NCBI GenBank assembly: GCA_037130925.1 | Contig: JBAXSC010000001.1 | Location: 253,877-317,876 of the forward strand | Source of the DNA: Candidatus Nomurabacteria bacterium | GTDB taxonomy: Bacteria > Patescibacteriota > Minisyncoccia > Phycocordibacterales > UBA5272 | DNA length: 64,000 bases | Direction: 5' to 3' | Shown: one piece after another, positions 44,673 to 54,760 of the stretch | How positions within the stretch are numbered: the stretch's first letter is position 1 | How the letters are laid out: the number at the start of each line of letters is the position of its first letter | Notes under the pieces: generated by a model | Database searches by the model: none | The model's input: only the letters and a program-made list of their open reading frames with translations | What the model was told of the DNA's origin: nothing | Program-made: the position numbers and the translations under genes

Positions 44673-44737
44673 TTTCAAAAAATAACAAAATTAAAAAGCA
44701 GTATAAATACTGCTTTTTGTTGATTATCAAAAAATCA

Positions 44738-45052
44738 CTAATAACTTTTTTTATTTGGAATAGAAAATAAATCTTTCGATCCGTATTGTAAATATTTAAA
44801 CATTATAAATACTATACAAAACATAATAAAAAAAATTATTATCCACCACCAACCAATACTTTGAAATAAAGTCACGTTTGATGCTTCTATTATCTGTTCT
44901 TTTGTAGCACCTAATTCCTTTTGTAGAGGAAGAGAGAAAGCGTCACCAAACAACATTCCAGTAAATAATATAACGAAGACTACAACTGAAATGTAAAAAG
45001 GTATTGTGATTACTGAGTAATCTTTTTTTGTTTTTCTATTCATAATATACAT
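44738..45052 (-). CDS. hypothetical membrane protein (104 aa)
   Basis: Two hydrophobic segments. Confidence 0.45.
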   Translation of the reverse strand: MYIMNRKTKKDYSVITIPFYISVVVFVILFTGMLFGDAFSLPLQKELGATKEQIIEASNVTLFQSIGWWWIIIFFIMFCIVFIMFKYLQYGSKDLFSIPNKKSY

Positions 45053-45234
45053 AATTTTTAATTAAAAATTTATTTAGAAACTAGAACATATATTTAATTT
45101 ATATACTCTAATTTCTAAACAAATAAAAATAATTTTAATTACATATAATAAAATTCTGAAAAGAACCTTTTGTCTAAAAAACAATATTAAGTATAACATA
45201 TACTATATATATGTCAAGTATTTATAAATTTAAC

Positions 45235-45252
45235 TTTTCCACTTTATCCACC
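45235..45252 (+). promoter_or_regulatory. two abutting DnaA-box-like 9-mers upstream of dnaB
   Basis: TTTTCCACT (45235-45243) and TTATCCACC (45244-45252); each differs from TTWTCCACA only at the last base. Confidence 0.3.
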
Positions 45253-45340
45253 CACAATACAATGAAAAAAGACTAGTCACAAGGCTAGCTTTTTTGTTAT
45301 GATTTAGACTATTACAAGATGAATAATTTATTTTAAAAAT

Positions 45341-46846
45341 ATGTTAACACCACAAGATCTCGCTCGTCCAAATAATAATAAAGGTGGAAGAAATAATTAT
45401 TCATCTAATGGTAGAAATAATTATCAAAACAATAATTATAAAAATAATAATATACCATCACCTTTTGATGAATTAGCTGGCATTCGTATTCCTCCACAAG
45501 ATATGGAAACAGAGAAAGCTTTTCTAGGTTCTCTTTTACTTGTGCCTGACTCTTATTTTGAAATTGCGCACTTGATAGATAGAAATGATTTTTATTCTGA
45601 AAAACATAAAACTATTTTTGATACTATTACTGAATTAATGAATAGAAAAGAGCCTATCGATCTTTTAACTGTTTCTTCAAAATTACGTGAGAAAAAAGAG
45701 TTAGAACCAATCGGTGGAACCGATTATCTTTCTAGTCTTTTAGGACTTGTCGGATCTGCTTCAAACATCGCATATTATGCAAATTTAATTAAGAAAAAAT
45801 CAGTATTAAGAAAATTAATTATCGCTGGAAGCCATATCGGAGAAATAGCTTTTAATGAAGAAGAAGAACTCGAATCAATATTAGAAGAAGCTGAAAGAAA
45901 AATTTATGAAATCACTTCAAACAATGGTGGTGAAAGTCAGGTCGCATCAATAAAAGACCTCGGAGAAGAAACTATTTCAAGATTTATACATTTAGCAGAA
46001 AATCAAAATGAAGTTCGTGGAGTACCTAGTGGATTTAAAGATCTTGATAATAAATTATCTGGATTTCAAAAGTCTGACCTCATCATTCTCGCTGCTCGTC
46101 CATCTGTCGGAAAGACATCTCTCGCTCTCGACCTTATTCGTAGTGCGGCTGTAAATCATAATATCCCTACTGTTATATTTTCTCTGGAAATGAGTAAGCA
46201 ACAACTCGTAGATAGAATGCTATCAGCTGAAGCACAAGTCGATGGATGGAAGCTCCGCACAGGAAAGCTAAGTATGGATGATGAAATAGAAAGACTTCAA
46301 GAAGGAATGCATAAGCTCATGCAAGCTCCAATTTTCATCGATGACAAGCCAGCAAATACTGCGATGAATATGAGATCGGTTTTAAGAAAAGTAAGTCATG
46401 ATAGACCTATCGGATTAGTCGTGGTCGACTACTTGCAATTAATGGGAACATCAAGATCATATGACAATATGGTGAATCAAGTGACAGAGATATCAAGATC
46501 ACTCAAAGGTCTCGCTAAAGAGTTTAATGTGCCTGTGATAGCCCTCTCACAGCTCTCTCGTGCCGTAGAATCTCGTGGAGACAGACCTCGCCTATCAGAC
46601 CTTCGTGACTCTGGATCTATCGAGCAAGATGCAGACATCGTTATGTTCATTCACAGAGTCGCTGACAAACATACAGAAGATCCTGAAAAGAAAAACATCG
46701 TAGAAATCTTGATCGAAAAACACAGAAATGGTCCAACTGGTATCATTGAGCTTTACTTCGACGGAAAGAAAACATCATTCTTATCTATTGAAAAAAATGA
46801 ATTTGGTGATTTCCAAATTCCAAAAATTGACGCAGATGAATTCTAA
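45341..46846 (+). CDS. dnaB: replicative DNA helicase DnaB
   Basis: ARPSVGKTSLAL Walker A, VVDYLQLM, and SRSLKGLAKEFNVPVIALSQLSR. There is an Asn-rich N-terminal extension. Confidence 0.95.
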   Translation: MLTPQDLARPNNNKGGRNNYSSNGRNNYQNNNYKNNNIPSPFDELAGIRIPPQDMETEKAFLGSLLLVPDSYFEIAHLIDRNDFYSEKHKTIFDTITELMNRKEPIDLLTVSSKLREKKELEPIGGTDYLSSLLGLVGSASNIAYYANLIKKKSVLRKLIIAGSHIGEIAFNEEEELESILEEAERKIYEITSNNGGESQVASIKDLGEETISRFIHLAENQNEVRGVPSGFKDLDNKLSGFQKSDLIILAARPSVGKTSLALDLIRSAAVNHNIPTVIFSLEMSKQQLVDRMLSAEAQVDGWKLRTGKLSMDDEIERLQEGMHKLMQAPIFIDDKPANTAMNMRSVLRKVSHDRPIGLVVVDYLQLMGTSRSYDNMVNQVTEISRSLKGLAKEFNVPVIALSQLSRAVESRGDRPRLSDLRDSGSIEQDADIVMFIHRVADKHTEDPEKKNIVEILIEKHRNGPTGIIELYFDGKKTSFLSIEKNEFGDFQIPKIDADEF

Positions 46847-46848
46847 AA

Positions 46849-46857
46849 TGTTATAAT
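46849..46857 (+). promoter_or_regulatory. extended -10 promoter of recR (predicted leaderless)
   Basis: TGtTATAAT lies 7 nt before the ATG at 46865. Confidence 0.45.
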
Positions 46858-46864
46858 CCTCTTT

Positions 46865-47509
46865 ATGAATCCTACAGAAAGACTACAAGAATTGTTTCTT
46901 AAATTCCCTGGTATTGGCCCAAAACAAGCCGCTCGCTTTGTTTATTTTCTACTTAGACAAAACTCTAACTACAAATCAGAATTAGCCAAGAATATCGAAT
47001 TATTAAAAGATGCCTCACATATTTGTGACAGATGTCTCAGGGTTTTCTCTAAATCAAATAATTTAGTAGAAGGAAGAATCTGTGAGATTTGTGACAATAA
47101 AAATCGTGATGATAAATCTCTAATGATAGTAGTCAAAGAGCTCGATATAGACGCAATAGAAAAAACAAATTTCTATAATGGAAAATATTTTGTACTCGGA
47201 TCAACATTACCATTCTTAACAGAAAAGCCAAGTGAAGTAATAAACATTCGTGAATTAGTAAATCTAATTCATAATAATTTACAATATGAAAAATCAGATG
47301 AAGATAAAAAAATATCTGAAATAATCTTCGCTTTACCAGCTACAGAAGAAGGAGAAAATACTATTGAATATTTGAAAAAGACTTTGAGTCAGGTTGTGGG
47401 TATAGAAAATGTGAAAATGTCGACTTTAGCGAGAGGGCTCTCAACAGGACTCGATATTGAATATGTAGATAAAAATACTTTCAAGCAAGCATTCAGTCAT
47501 AGAGATTAA
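46865..47509 (+). CDS. recR: recombination protein RecR
   Basis: FPGIGPKQAARF (HhH), a C4 zinc finger (CDRC...CEIC) and a Toprim-like C-terminal half. Confidence 0.9.
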   Translation: MNPTERLQELFLKFPGIGPKQAARFVYFLLRQNSNYKSELAKNIELLKDASHICDRCLRVFSKSNNLVEGRICEICDNKNRDDKSLMIVVKELDIDAIEKTNFYNGKYFVLGSTLPFLTEKPSEVINIRELVNLIHNNLQYEKSDEDKKISEIIFALPATEEGENTIEYLKKTLSQVVGIENVKMSTLARGLSTGLDIEYVDKNTFKQAFSHRD

Positions 47510-47573
47510 TTTATAAAATTAAAAAAGATACTCATTAAATTTGAGTATCTTTTTTCTTTAAAAATTAAATCAC

Positions 47574-47864
47574 TTACTCTCCTGCATCAAGGGATGCCAT
47601 ACTTTTACAATCATAAATTCGATTAGCTAATTTATCAAAACCAAATGATTGAGCTTTCCAGTGCAAATCATCCAGAGCACATAATGGATTTTGTTTTTTA
47701 AGAAGTTCAAAAATATCACACAAAACATAATAAATTGGAATGCGAAGAAGAATTTTAAAAAACCAACCTTTATGATACCAGGATACATATGCTCCATATT
47801 TTTTATTAAGCTTTTCACCTTCCGGAGTTGATTTTAAAAATGTTGATAAATACCATGTAGACAT
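47574..47864 (-). CDS. hypothetical protein (96 aa)
   Basis: ORF only; Trp/Tyr-rich. Confidence 0.4.
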   Translation of the reverse strand: MSTWYLSTFLKSTPEGEKLNKKYGAYVSWYHKGWFFKILLRIPIYYVLCDIFELLKKQNPLCALDDLHWKAQSFGFDKLANRIYDCKSMASLDAGE

Positions 47865-47999
47865 AATTAATTTAATTTAAAAATGAAAGAATCTTGTTTA
47901 GAACTGTTCAAATACTAACATATTGATAAAATATTATCAAAATAAAAACCTCTAAAATATTTCTATCTTAGAGATTTTTAAAAAAGAAAATTTACCTTT

Positions 48000-48443
48000 T
48001 TAAACTTTTTTGAATTTAAAAGTTTGCGCTAATGCAGAATTAGCATCAATCAAACACTCTTTTTTATTTTTAAAAATTATCACAAAATATGATAATGTTT
48101 GAGAAGATACTGATCCTGTATCGCAATCTACATTACTAGGACGAGAAACACTAAAAGAGAATTCTTTTATTGGTTCTCCAATATTTTTATTAATATCCTC
48201 AAATAAAATATTGAAATCTTCTCTTCTAAATTCTGTATATAAAGAGAATTTTTCTTCATCTACACAAAAAATGATCTCATCTTTATCTTTAGATAAAGAT
48301 ACTTTCTTAAGAACACCTCCTTTCCATTTATCTTCAAAGGAACTGTTGTATTCTGAGCCACTATTTTTCCGCTCAAGCTTTATTAATTTCTCACTCATAT
48401 AAAAAATATTTAAAAGTACAAAAATAAAATTTCTAGTGAGCAT
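48000..48443 (-). CDS. hypothetical protein (147 aa; alternative start at Met-16, nt 48398)
   Basis: ORF followed by a hairpin terminator at about 47947-47975. Confidence 0.45.
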   Translation of the reverse strand: MLTRNFIFVLLNIFYMSEKLIKLERKNSGSEYNSSFEDKWKGGVLKKVSLSKDKDEIIFCVDEEKFSLYTEFRREDFNILFEDINKNIGEPIKEFSFSVSRPSNVDCDTGSVSSQTLSYFVIIFKNKKECLIDANSALAQTFKFKKV

Positions 48444-48505
48444 AATAACATAAAATTAATATAAACAAAAACCTCTTCTTTCGAAGAGGTTTTTGTTATT
48501 TTGTA

Positions 48506-48826
48506 TTAAGCTATTGAAGTAACTTTGATTTCAAAATATGGTTGTCTGTGACCATTTTTCTTAAAGTATCTAGACTTTGGCATGTATTTAACAACTTCTA
48601 CTGTTTTATGTTTTGCAATATCAATTATTTCCGCCTCAACCTTTACTCCAGGAACAACAGGTGTTCCAACTTTCACATCACTTCCATTAGCAACAAGTAA
48701 AACCTTGTCAAAAGAAAGCTTATCACCAGCCTTATACTCACCAATAATCTTCTCGATTTTTAGCTTTGTTCCAACTTCCACCTTGTATTCTTTTCCTCCT
48801 GTTTGAATAACTGCAAAATTAGTCAT
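48506..48826 (-). CDS. rplU: 50S ribosomal protein L21
   Basis: MTNFAVIQTGGKEYKV...GHRQPYFEIKVTSI. The start is set at Met-4 of the track ORF. Confidence 0.9.
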   Translation of the reverse strand: MTNFAVIQTGGKEYKVEVGTKLKIEKIIGEYKAGDKLSFDKVLLVANGSDVKVGTPVVPGVKVEAEIIDIAKHKTVEVVKYMPKSRYFKKNGHRQPYFEIKVTSIA

Positions 48827-48951
48827 ATATTTCAATAGTTTTTAATAAATTAAAGTCTTTTTAATGGGTTAATATTATCACAAAATCAGTTTTTTTGCAA
48901 ATAAAAAGAAGCTTTATACAATTAGATTATAAAAGGCTTCTTTATTGTGTC

Positions 48952-49209
48952 TCAAATATTACATTTTGGCATGATAATAGGTTTGGAATAATTTAACCCT
49001 AATTCATATCTATAAATATCCAAAACACCACTTCCTTTTTGAACAAACTTCTTGATTTTCGAAAAGTCAAAAATATCTTCCCTTGTTAATGTAGTCTTTT
49101 CGTTACATGAACAGCGGATCATTTTAAATTTTTCATTTTCAAAAAGAACAACATCTTTTTTTACTTGTCCACAATGTGAACAGATAAAATTAAATTTTTT
49201 ATTTCCCAT
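48952..49209 (-). CDS. small zinc-ribbon-like protein (85 aa)
   Basis: CSHC...CSC Cys pairs. Confidence 0.4.
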   Translation of the reverse strand: MGNKKFNFICSHCGQVKKDVVLFENEKFKMIRCSCNEKTTLTREDIFDFSKIKKFVQKGSGVLDIYRYELGLNYSKPIIMPKCNI

Positions 49210-49263
49210 CTTTTAAAAATTATTACTTAATACTAACATATAATAGAAATATGTCAATATAGA

Positions 49264-50718
49264 TTAAATTAATTTCAAAAATTTTTCTCCCCTGTCATAT
49301 TCATTTAAAAACATTCCAAAACTCGCAAATCCAGGAGAAAAAAGAATAACATCACCATCTGAAGATAATTCTTTTGCTAGAGACACAGCTTTTTCTAAAG
49401 TTTCAGCTAATTTATATTCTTCAAAATTAGATTCTTTCATTTTCTCTAAAACCTTTTTTGTACCTGTAGTAGAATCGTCTAATAAGAAAATAATTTCTTT
49501 TATAAATTCAGATCTTTTTTCTGAAATCAATTTTTCAGTATAATTTTCTATTTCCAATTCTTTATCCGTACCACCTGTTATTAAAATCAATTTGCCATTT
49601 TTACTATTTTGTAATTTTAAAGCATTGATAGCTGCAATAGTTGCCTCTCCTGTAGTCGCAGTAGTATCATTGTAATACTTCATACCATTTTCTTCTTTTA
49701 CAAACTGAAGTCTCCCGTCTACACCATTAAATTCTAAAACGCTTTTTTGTATATTCTCATCTGTAATATTAAATTCTTTTGCAGTGCGTACTGAAAAAGA
49801 AATATTTAATCTATTATGAATTCCTATTAATAAACTTTTATAAATTTCTTCGTCATTTCTAATATCATCTTCTGATAAAAATACTTTTTTAGAATTAGAA
49901 TTTTTATAAATATCTTTAAATTCTTCATTTAAATATTTTTCAATACAATCTTGAAAATTATTATCAGAAATTAAAACATCATTCTGATTTTGATACAAGA
50001 AAGTCTGAGCTTTATCAGAAAAATAATCACTCATATTATCTTTATAATAATTCATATGATCTCTCATAAGATTTGTAAAAATTGAAACCTTTGGCGCAAA
50101 TTTAATATCTTTAAATCCTTGTGCGAGCCAAGAATCAGTTTCCATTACAATAATGTCTTTTTCTTTTACATTTTCTAAAAGCTCTATTGTAGATATTCCT
50201 TGAATATTTCCTCCAAGATAGACATTTCTATCTTTTAAATTATCTTTTAAAATTTTATAAATAAGCTGAGTAGTAGTTGTCTTTCCTCTTGTACCTGTCA
50301 CTGTCACGACTTTTATTTTACTTTCTTCATCTAAATTCTCATTAAAATCTTGGACTATTTTTAAGAATAAAGAACTCTCTTGATAAACTGGAATACTATT
50401 TTCTCTAGAATACTTTAAATAAATATTATCTTTTGGTACTCCACTAGCCTGTATAACATAATCACAATTCAAAAAATCATCTTTTTCATGTTTACCAAAA
50501 ACGTATTTTATTTTATCTTTAGAAATATTATTTTCTTTCATGAAATTTTCTATTTCCAAAATCTGATCAGTAAAAAAAGATTCATCTTTCATATCTGTCA
50601 CCAATAATTCAGCATTATTTTTTAACAAAAATTTTACAACACCGAGACTACGACCAAGAATACCAAACCCTTGTTTAGTTATTTTTTTATTATCAAAATA
50701 TTTTTTATAATTAATCAT
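49264..50718 (-). CDS. murD: UDP-N-acetylmuramoylalanine--D-glutamate ligase
   Basis: GTRGKTTTT P-loop of the Mur ligases. The N-terminal Rossmann segment (GFGILGRSLGVVKFLL) and the tail SPGFASFGMFLNEYDRGEKF are typical of MurD. Confidence 0.85.
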   Translation of the reverse strand: MINYKKYFDNKKITKQGFGILGRSLGVVKFLLKNNAELLVTDMKDESFFTDQILEIENFMKENNISKDKIKYVFGKHEKDDFLNCDYVIQASGVPKDNIYLKYSRENSIPVYQESSLFLKIVQDFNENLDEESKIKVVTVTGTRGKTTTTQLIYKILKDNLKDRNVYLGGNIQGISTIELLENVKEKDIIVMETDSWLAQGFKDIKFAPKVSIFTNLMRDHMNYYKDNMSDYFSDKAQTFLYQNQNDVLISDNNFQDCIEKYLNEEFKDIYKNSNSKKVFLSEDDIRNDEEIYKSLLIGIHNRLNISFSVRTAKEFNITDENIQKSVLEFNGVDGRLQFVKEENGMKYYNDTTATTGEATIAAINALKLQNSKNGKLILITGGTDKELEIENYTEKLISEKRSEFIKEIIFLLDDSTTGTKKVLEKMKESNFEEYKLAETLEKAVSLAKELSSDGDVILFSPGFASFGMFLNEYDRGEKFLKLI

Positions 50719-50719
50719 A

Positions 50720-50953
50720 TTATTTTTTAATTAACATTAATCTTTTTTCACCCCCGTCATCATAAATTTCACAATTCCAATTTTTAAAACCATTTTCAAA
50801 ATATTCTTCAAAAATTTGCATTCTTCTGTAATATGCCAATTTTGAATCTTTTGCATAATTAAAACTTTTTTTATAAATATCTTTATATGTTTTAAAGATT
50901 TCAACTATCCCTTCATCTAACAGACTTTCTTTTGTTTTTGTTTTATCAACTTT
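50720..50953 (-). other. 77-codon stop-free frame continuing in phase after the TAA of ORF 50954..51427
   Basis: Manual translation: KVDKTKTKESLLDEGIVEIFKTYKDIYKKSFNYAKDSKLAYYRRMQIFEEYFENGFKNWNCEIYDDGGEKRLMLIKK*. No ATG/GTG/TTG start would give more than 39 aa. It ends 1 nt before the murD ATG. Confidence 0.5.
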
Positions 50954-51427
50954 TTAAATCTCATCTATACACTCATCCACTTCTTCTTTTTTATAATTTA
51001 CTTCTGAAAAACTCATCCAAATTCTCTTTAAATTTTCTTTTTGATCTTTCGCTACTGTATTAAAAAATCTTTCCATATCATGAAATAAATCATCTTTTTG
51101 TTCTTTATTTAAAGAGGTTTTTGCATATCCATATTTTGTATCAAAAGAAAAATAAAAATCACCATTTTTATCAATATCTTGTGTGAGACTATAATAATAA
51201 TCCAACCCTTTAATTTCTTTTTTTAAATAAAAATTTGTACTAAGTTGAGACAATTTACTTTCTTTATTTTCTTTTATGTATTTTACAACTTCATTTGCTA
51301 CGTCATTATTTTTCTCTTGAAAATATTCTTTACCAATCTTAATAACAATAGGTAAAAAAGAATATTTATTTTCTTCTGCTTTTTTATTATTTTTATTCAA
51401 TTCTTCCATATTTTTAATCTTCTTCAA
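50954..51427 (-). CDS. hypothetical protein (157 aa)
   Basis: The ORF overlaps the rmuC 3' end by 14 nt (or starts at Met-7, nt 51409). No motif recognised. Confidence 0.5.
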   Translation of the reverse strand: MKKIKNMEELNKNNKKAEENKYSFLPIVIKIGKEYFQEKNNDVANEVVKYIKENKESKLSQLSTNFYLKKEIKGLDYYYSLTQDIDKNGDFYFSFDTKYGYAKTSLNKEQKDDLFHDMERFFNTVAKDQKENLKRIWMSFSEVNYKKEEVDECIDEI

Positions 51428-52538
51428 TATTCACTTTTTCTAAAAGCATTGGCTCTATAGCCATCTCATGCTCACCATCTGTGATTTTATAAACATCCTT
51501 ATCTATCTTTTTTAATTCTTTATAAGAAGAATTGTAGTGATTAACAGTCGTATTCAAAGAGTTACCAAGCTTTTGCATATAGTCTTCATATTTTAAAATA
51601 TGCTTTCCGAGTTCTTCAACTTTCTTTTTAATCTCGCGAGCATTTTCTTCTATTTTAGAATCTTTTATTCCAGAAATCACAAGATGCAAATATGCAAGAA
51701 TAGAAGTTGGAGAAACTATTATTACTTTCTTTTCTTGTGCAAAATCGAGAAGCTTTTGAGTATTAATTTTTAAATTTCCATTATCTCCAGAATTGAGATC
51801 ATAATAAATTGCTTCACTTGGTATAAACATAAAAGCGAAAGGAAGAGTATTTTCTCCCGTCTCATCAATATATTTTTGAGTTTCCTCTATTCTTTTTTTA
51901 ATATCTTTTTTAAATTCTTCAGCAAAAAATTTCTTATCATCTTCATTTTCAGCATCGACGCATCTACGATAATTATCTATTGAGAATTTTGAGTCTATTG
52001 GTAAAATTTTATCTTTAATTAAAATTGCCGCATCGACTATCTCTCCAGATTTATATCCGTATTGCATTTTATAAACTCCTTCTGGTAAAAAATTTGAAAG
52101 AATAAGCTGAAGTGAAGATTCTCCCCAATTTCCTCTTTGTTTCTGATTTGTTAAAACTTTTTCAAGATTAGAAAGCTGCTCTGTCATACTTATAACCTGT
52201 TTACTTCCTTCTTTAACTTCGATCACAGATTGATTTACTTTCCCTAGATGCTCGTGAATATCACTGATCAATTTTTGTGATTCACTGAATTGATGTCTAA
52301 CATTTTTATTCATTTCTTCTTGGCCAGAATTTATCTTTTGATCAATATCTCTACGAGTTTCTCTAATATCCATTTTAATATCATCTTTTAAATTTTTTAA
52401 AGTCTCAGCTAGAATTAACATTCCTTCTTCATCAGTATTTCCAGCTTTCAATTTTTTATTAAAAGAAAAAACTACAATAATTAAAACAATTACCAACAAA
52501 ACCAAAACCCCAATTAAAATAATAGTTAAAGTATCCAT
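51414..52538 (-). CDS. rmuC: DNA recombination protein RmuC
   Basis: N-terminal TM segment, a long coiled coil, then an RmuC-type C-terminal domain (FAFMFIPSEAIYYDL; VIIVSPTSILAYLHLV). Confidence 0.8.
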   Translation of the reverse strand: MDTLTIILIGVLVLLVIVLIIVVFSFNKKLKAGNTDEEGMLILAETLKNLKDDIKMDIRETRRDIDQKINSGQEEMNKNVRHQFSESQKLISDIHEHLGKVNQSVIEVKEGSKQVISMTEQLSNLEKVLTNQKQRGNWGESSLQLILSNFLPEGVYKMQYGYKSGEIVDAAILIKDKILPIDSKFSIDNYRRCVDAENEDDKKFFAEEFKKDIKKRIEETQKYIDETGENTLPFAFMFIPSEAIYYDLNSGDNGNLKINTQKLLDFAQEKKVIIVSPTSILAYLHLVISGIKDSKIEENAREIKKKVEELGKHILKYEDYMQKLGNSLNTTVNHYNSSYKELKKIDKDVYKITDGEHEMAIEPMLLEKVNIEED

Positions 52539-52641
52539 ATTTTTAAATTATAACATGACGAGAAAAGATAATAAAAAAAATAAATCCCCCTAATTTTTAG
52601 GAGGTTTACGAAGTAAGTAAAATACTTACCTCTCTTTCTTT

Positions 52642-52830
52642 TTATCTACCATACTGTTCTTCTAAAAGAGCCCAATACGGTTGAGAATTATAATTTGGAT
52701 CGTCAGGACTCTGACCCCAAATATCAAATTCATCTAATCTGACTCTTAGTTCTTCTTCTAAAGAAGAGTCATCATTAACAACAACTTCATTTTGTTGTTT
52801 TTCTAATTCATTTAAATCATTAACTGACAT
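52642..52830 (-). CDS. hypothetical small acidic protein (62 aa)
   Basis: ORF followed by two tandem hairpins (52590-52640). Confidence 0.4.
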   Translation of the reverse strand: MSVNDLNELEKQQNEVVVNDDSSLEEELRVRLDEFDIWGQSPDDPNYNSQPYWALLEEQYGR

Positions 52831-52980
52831 AAAAAATGTTTTTTAGATTAAAAAAAATATTAAAGAACTATGAATATAGTCTATCATATTAAATAATATT
52901 TGTCAAGCGATTTTTAATAATAATATAAAAACAATCTCAAAATAACAAAAATACCCATATTTTATAGGGGTATTTTATTT

Positions 52981-53009
52981 TTGACAAATAAAGATTATTA
53001 TATTATAAT
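52981..53009 (+). promoter_or_regulatory. perfect consensus sigma70 promoter
   Basis: TTGACA at 52981-52986, exactly 17 nt, TATAAT at 53004-53009. The track ORF's TTG start is this -35 box. Confidence 0.7.
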
Positions 53010-53052
53010 TATAGTATTAGCAATATTGCTTCTCGTTCTTAAATTTAAAGCT

Positions 53053-53253
53053 ATGAGCACAAAAGTTAGGATAATCTTAAATCAACCAACTAGTGATCAA
53101 ATAAATAAAGAAAAACCATACATTACATTGGTTAATGACAAAACAAATCAAGTCCTTTGTACTTTTTCAGTCGAAAAAACAGATTTATCTAAAAAACCTT
53201 TTAAATTAGATATAACTTACATTATTACTGATGAAATTAAAGTAGAAAAGTAA
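53053..53253 (+). CDS. hypothetical small protein (66 aa from the ATG at 53053)
   Basis: The first ATG downstream of the consensus promoter; a terminator hairpin lies at 53283-53315. Confidence 0.45.
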   Translation: MSTKVRIILNQPTSDQINKEKPYITLVNDKTNQVLCTFSVEKTDLSKKPFKLDITYIITDEIKVEK

Positions 53254-53317
53254 AATACTGTTCTTATGATTCTGAATTAAAAAATGCAACATATTTTATT
53301 ATGTTGCATTTTTATTT

Positions 53318-54760
53318 TTAGAAATTTTTTAATCTATAAGCTTTTTCGTGATCACGAATCTTTTCATGAACTTTTGCTTCAATTTGTCTAATTCTCTCAC
53401 GGGTCACTTGGAATTCCTCACCTACTTCCTCAAGTGTATGCATAACACCATTATAGATACCAAGACCATTTCTCATTTCAACAATCTTTCTTTCTTTTTC
53501 TGAAAGATCCATTAAAATTTCATTAATCTGATCTGCGAGAATTCTTCTACTTGCTTCTTGATCTGGAGAAAGGATTTTATCATCACTCACAAATTCTCCT
53601 AATGAAGATTTATCATCATCATCGCCTGTCGGCTTTTCAAGAGAAAGAGTTTCTTGATCAATATTTTCTATCACATGAATCTTTTCAACATCGACACCCA
53701 TTTCATCAGCGATTTCTTCTGCAAGAGGTTCACGCCCTAGATCTTGAGAAAGTCTTCTAAGAACTTGTTTATACTTCGCAATAGTTTCTACCATATGCAC
53801 TGGGATACGAATTGTACGAGATTGATCAGCAAGAGCACGAGTTATGCCTTGACGAATCCACCAACAAGCATATGTTGAGAATTTATATCCTTTACTGAAG
53901 TCATATTTTTCTACAGCTTTGAAAAGACCAAGATTTCCTTCTTGAATAAGATCGAGCAATGTAAGGTTTGGACTTCTACCAACATATTTTTTAGCGAAAG
54001 TCACCACAAGACGAAGATTTGCTTTTGCTAAAATATTTTTAGCCTCTTCATCACCCATCTCAATTCTTTTAGCTAAATCTCTTTCTTCTTCTGATGAAAG
54101 GAGAGGATATTGACCAATTTCTTTTAAATAAATCTGAATACTATCATGATTTGCCTCGTCTTTTCCAAGCTTCATATAGTCTTCATCCATATCAAGCAAA
54201 TTACTTCCGTCTAAAATATCAATTCCAGCTGAAGACATTTTCTCATAAAGTTCATCAAGAAAAGTAATATCTTTTTCTAGATCAGGGAAAATTTTAATAA
54301 TATCATCATAAGTGACGAAACCACGATCTTTTCCTTTTCTAATCAATTCATTCTCTCTTTCAATTTTAAGAATGTCATTCTTATTTAATTTTACATTCTT
54401 ATTTTTTTCTACTTTCTTTTTTTCTTTAGAAACCTGAACTTTATTTTGATCAATTCTTTTTTGTCTTTCTTTTTTATCTTTAGCGTTTTTAATTTCTCTT
54501 CTTTTTTTCTCTTCTAACTTTTCTTTTGCGGTTAATGCTTTAAGATTCACAAATTGACCAACCTGTTCTTTTGAAGAAACTTTTTTAGCTGATACTTTTT
54601 TTGTAGCAACTTTTTTAGCTGGAGTTTTTTTAACAACTTTCTTTGAAACTTTTTTAGCAGAAGATAAAACCTTTTTAACAGGCTTTTTAACTTTTTTCTC
54701 TATCTTTTTACTAACAACTTTCTTTGAAACAGCTTTTACTTTTTTATTGTTTTTCTTCAT
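53318..54760 (-). CDS. rpoD: primary sigma factor with lysine-rich N-terminal extension
   Basis: [35 protein letters not shown] (region 2) and [20 protein letters not shown] (region 4.2). Residues 1-125 are KKV/AKK repeats. Confidence 0.95.
   Translation of the reverse strand: MKKNNKKVKAVSKKVVSKKIEKKVKKPVKKVLSSAKKVSKKVVKKTPAKKVATKKVSAKKVSSKEQVGQFVNLKALTAKEKLEEKKRREIKNAKDKKERQKRIDQNKVQVSKEKKKVEKNKNVKLNKNDILKIERENELIRKGKDRGFVTYDDIIKIFPDLEKDITFLDELYEKMSSAGIDILDGSNLLDMDEDYMKLGKDEANHDSIQIYLKEIGQYPLLSSEEERDLAKRIEMGDEEAKNILAKANLRLVVTFAKKYVGRSPNLTLLDLIQEGNLGLFKAVEKYDFSKGYKFSTYACWWIRQGITRALADQSRTIRIPVHMVETIAKYKQVLRRLSQDLGREPLAEEIADEMGVDVEKIHVIENIDQETLSLEKPTGDDDDKSSLGEFVSDDKILSPDQEASRRILADQINEILMDLSEKERKIVEMRNGLGIYNGVMHTLEEVGEEFQVTRERIRQIEAKVHEKIRDHEKAYRLKNF

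Noticed and set aside
45341-45480. The Asn-rich low-complexity N-terminus of DnaB (NNNKGGRNNYSSNGRNNYQNNNYKNNN) as a possible special domain.
   Set aside because: It is a typical AT-bias-driven low-complexity expansion with no structural signal.
52981-53052. The N-terminal 24 codons of track ORF 52981..53253 (TTG start, hydrophobic MTNKDYYIIIIVLAILLLVL).
   Set aside because: The TTG is part of a perfect TTGACA-17-TATAAT promoter, so the real ORF most likely starts at the ATG at 53053.
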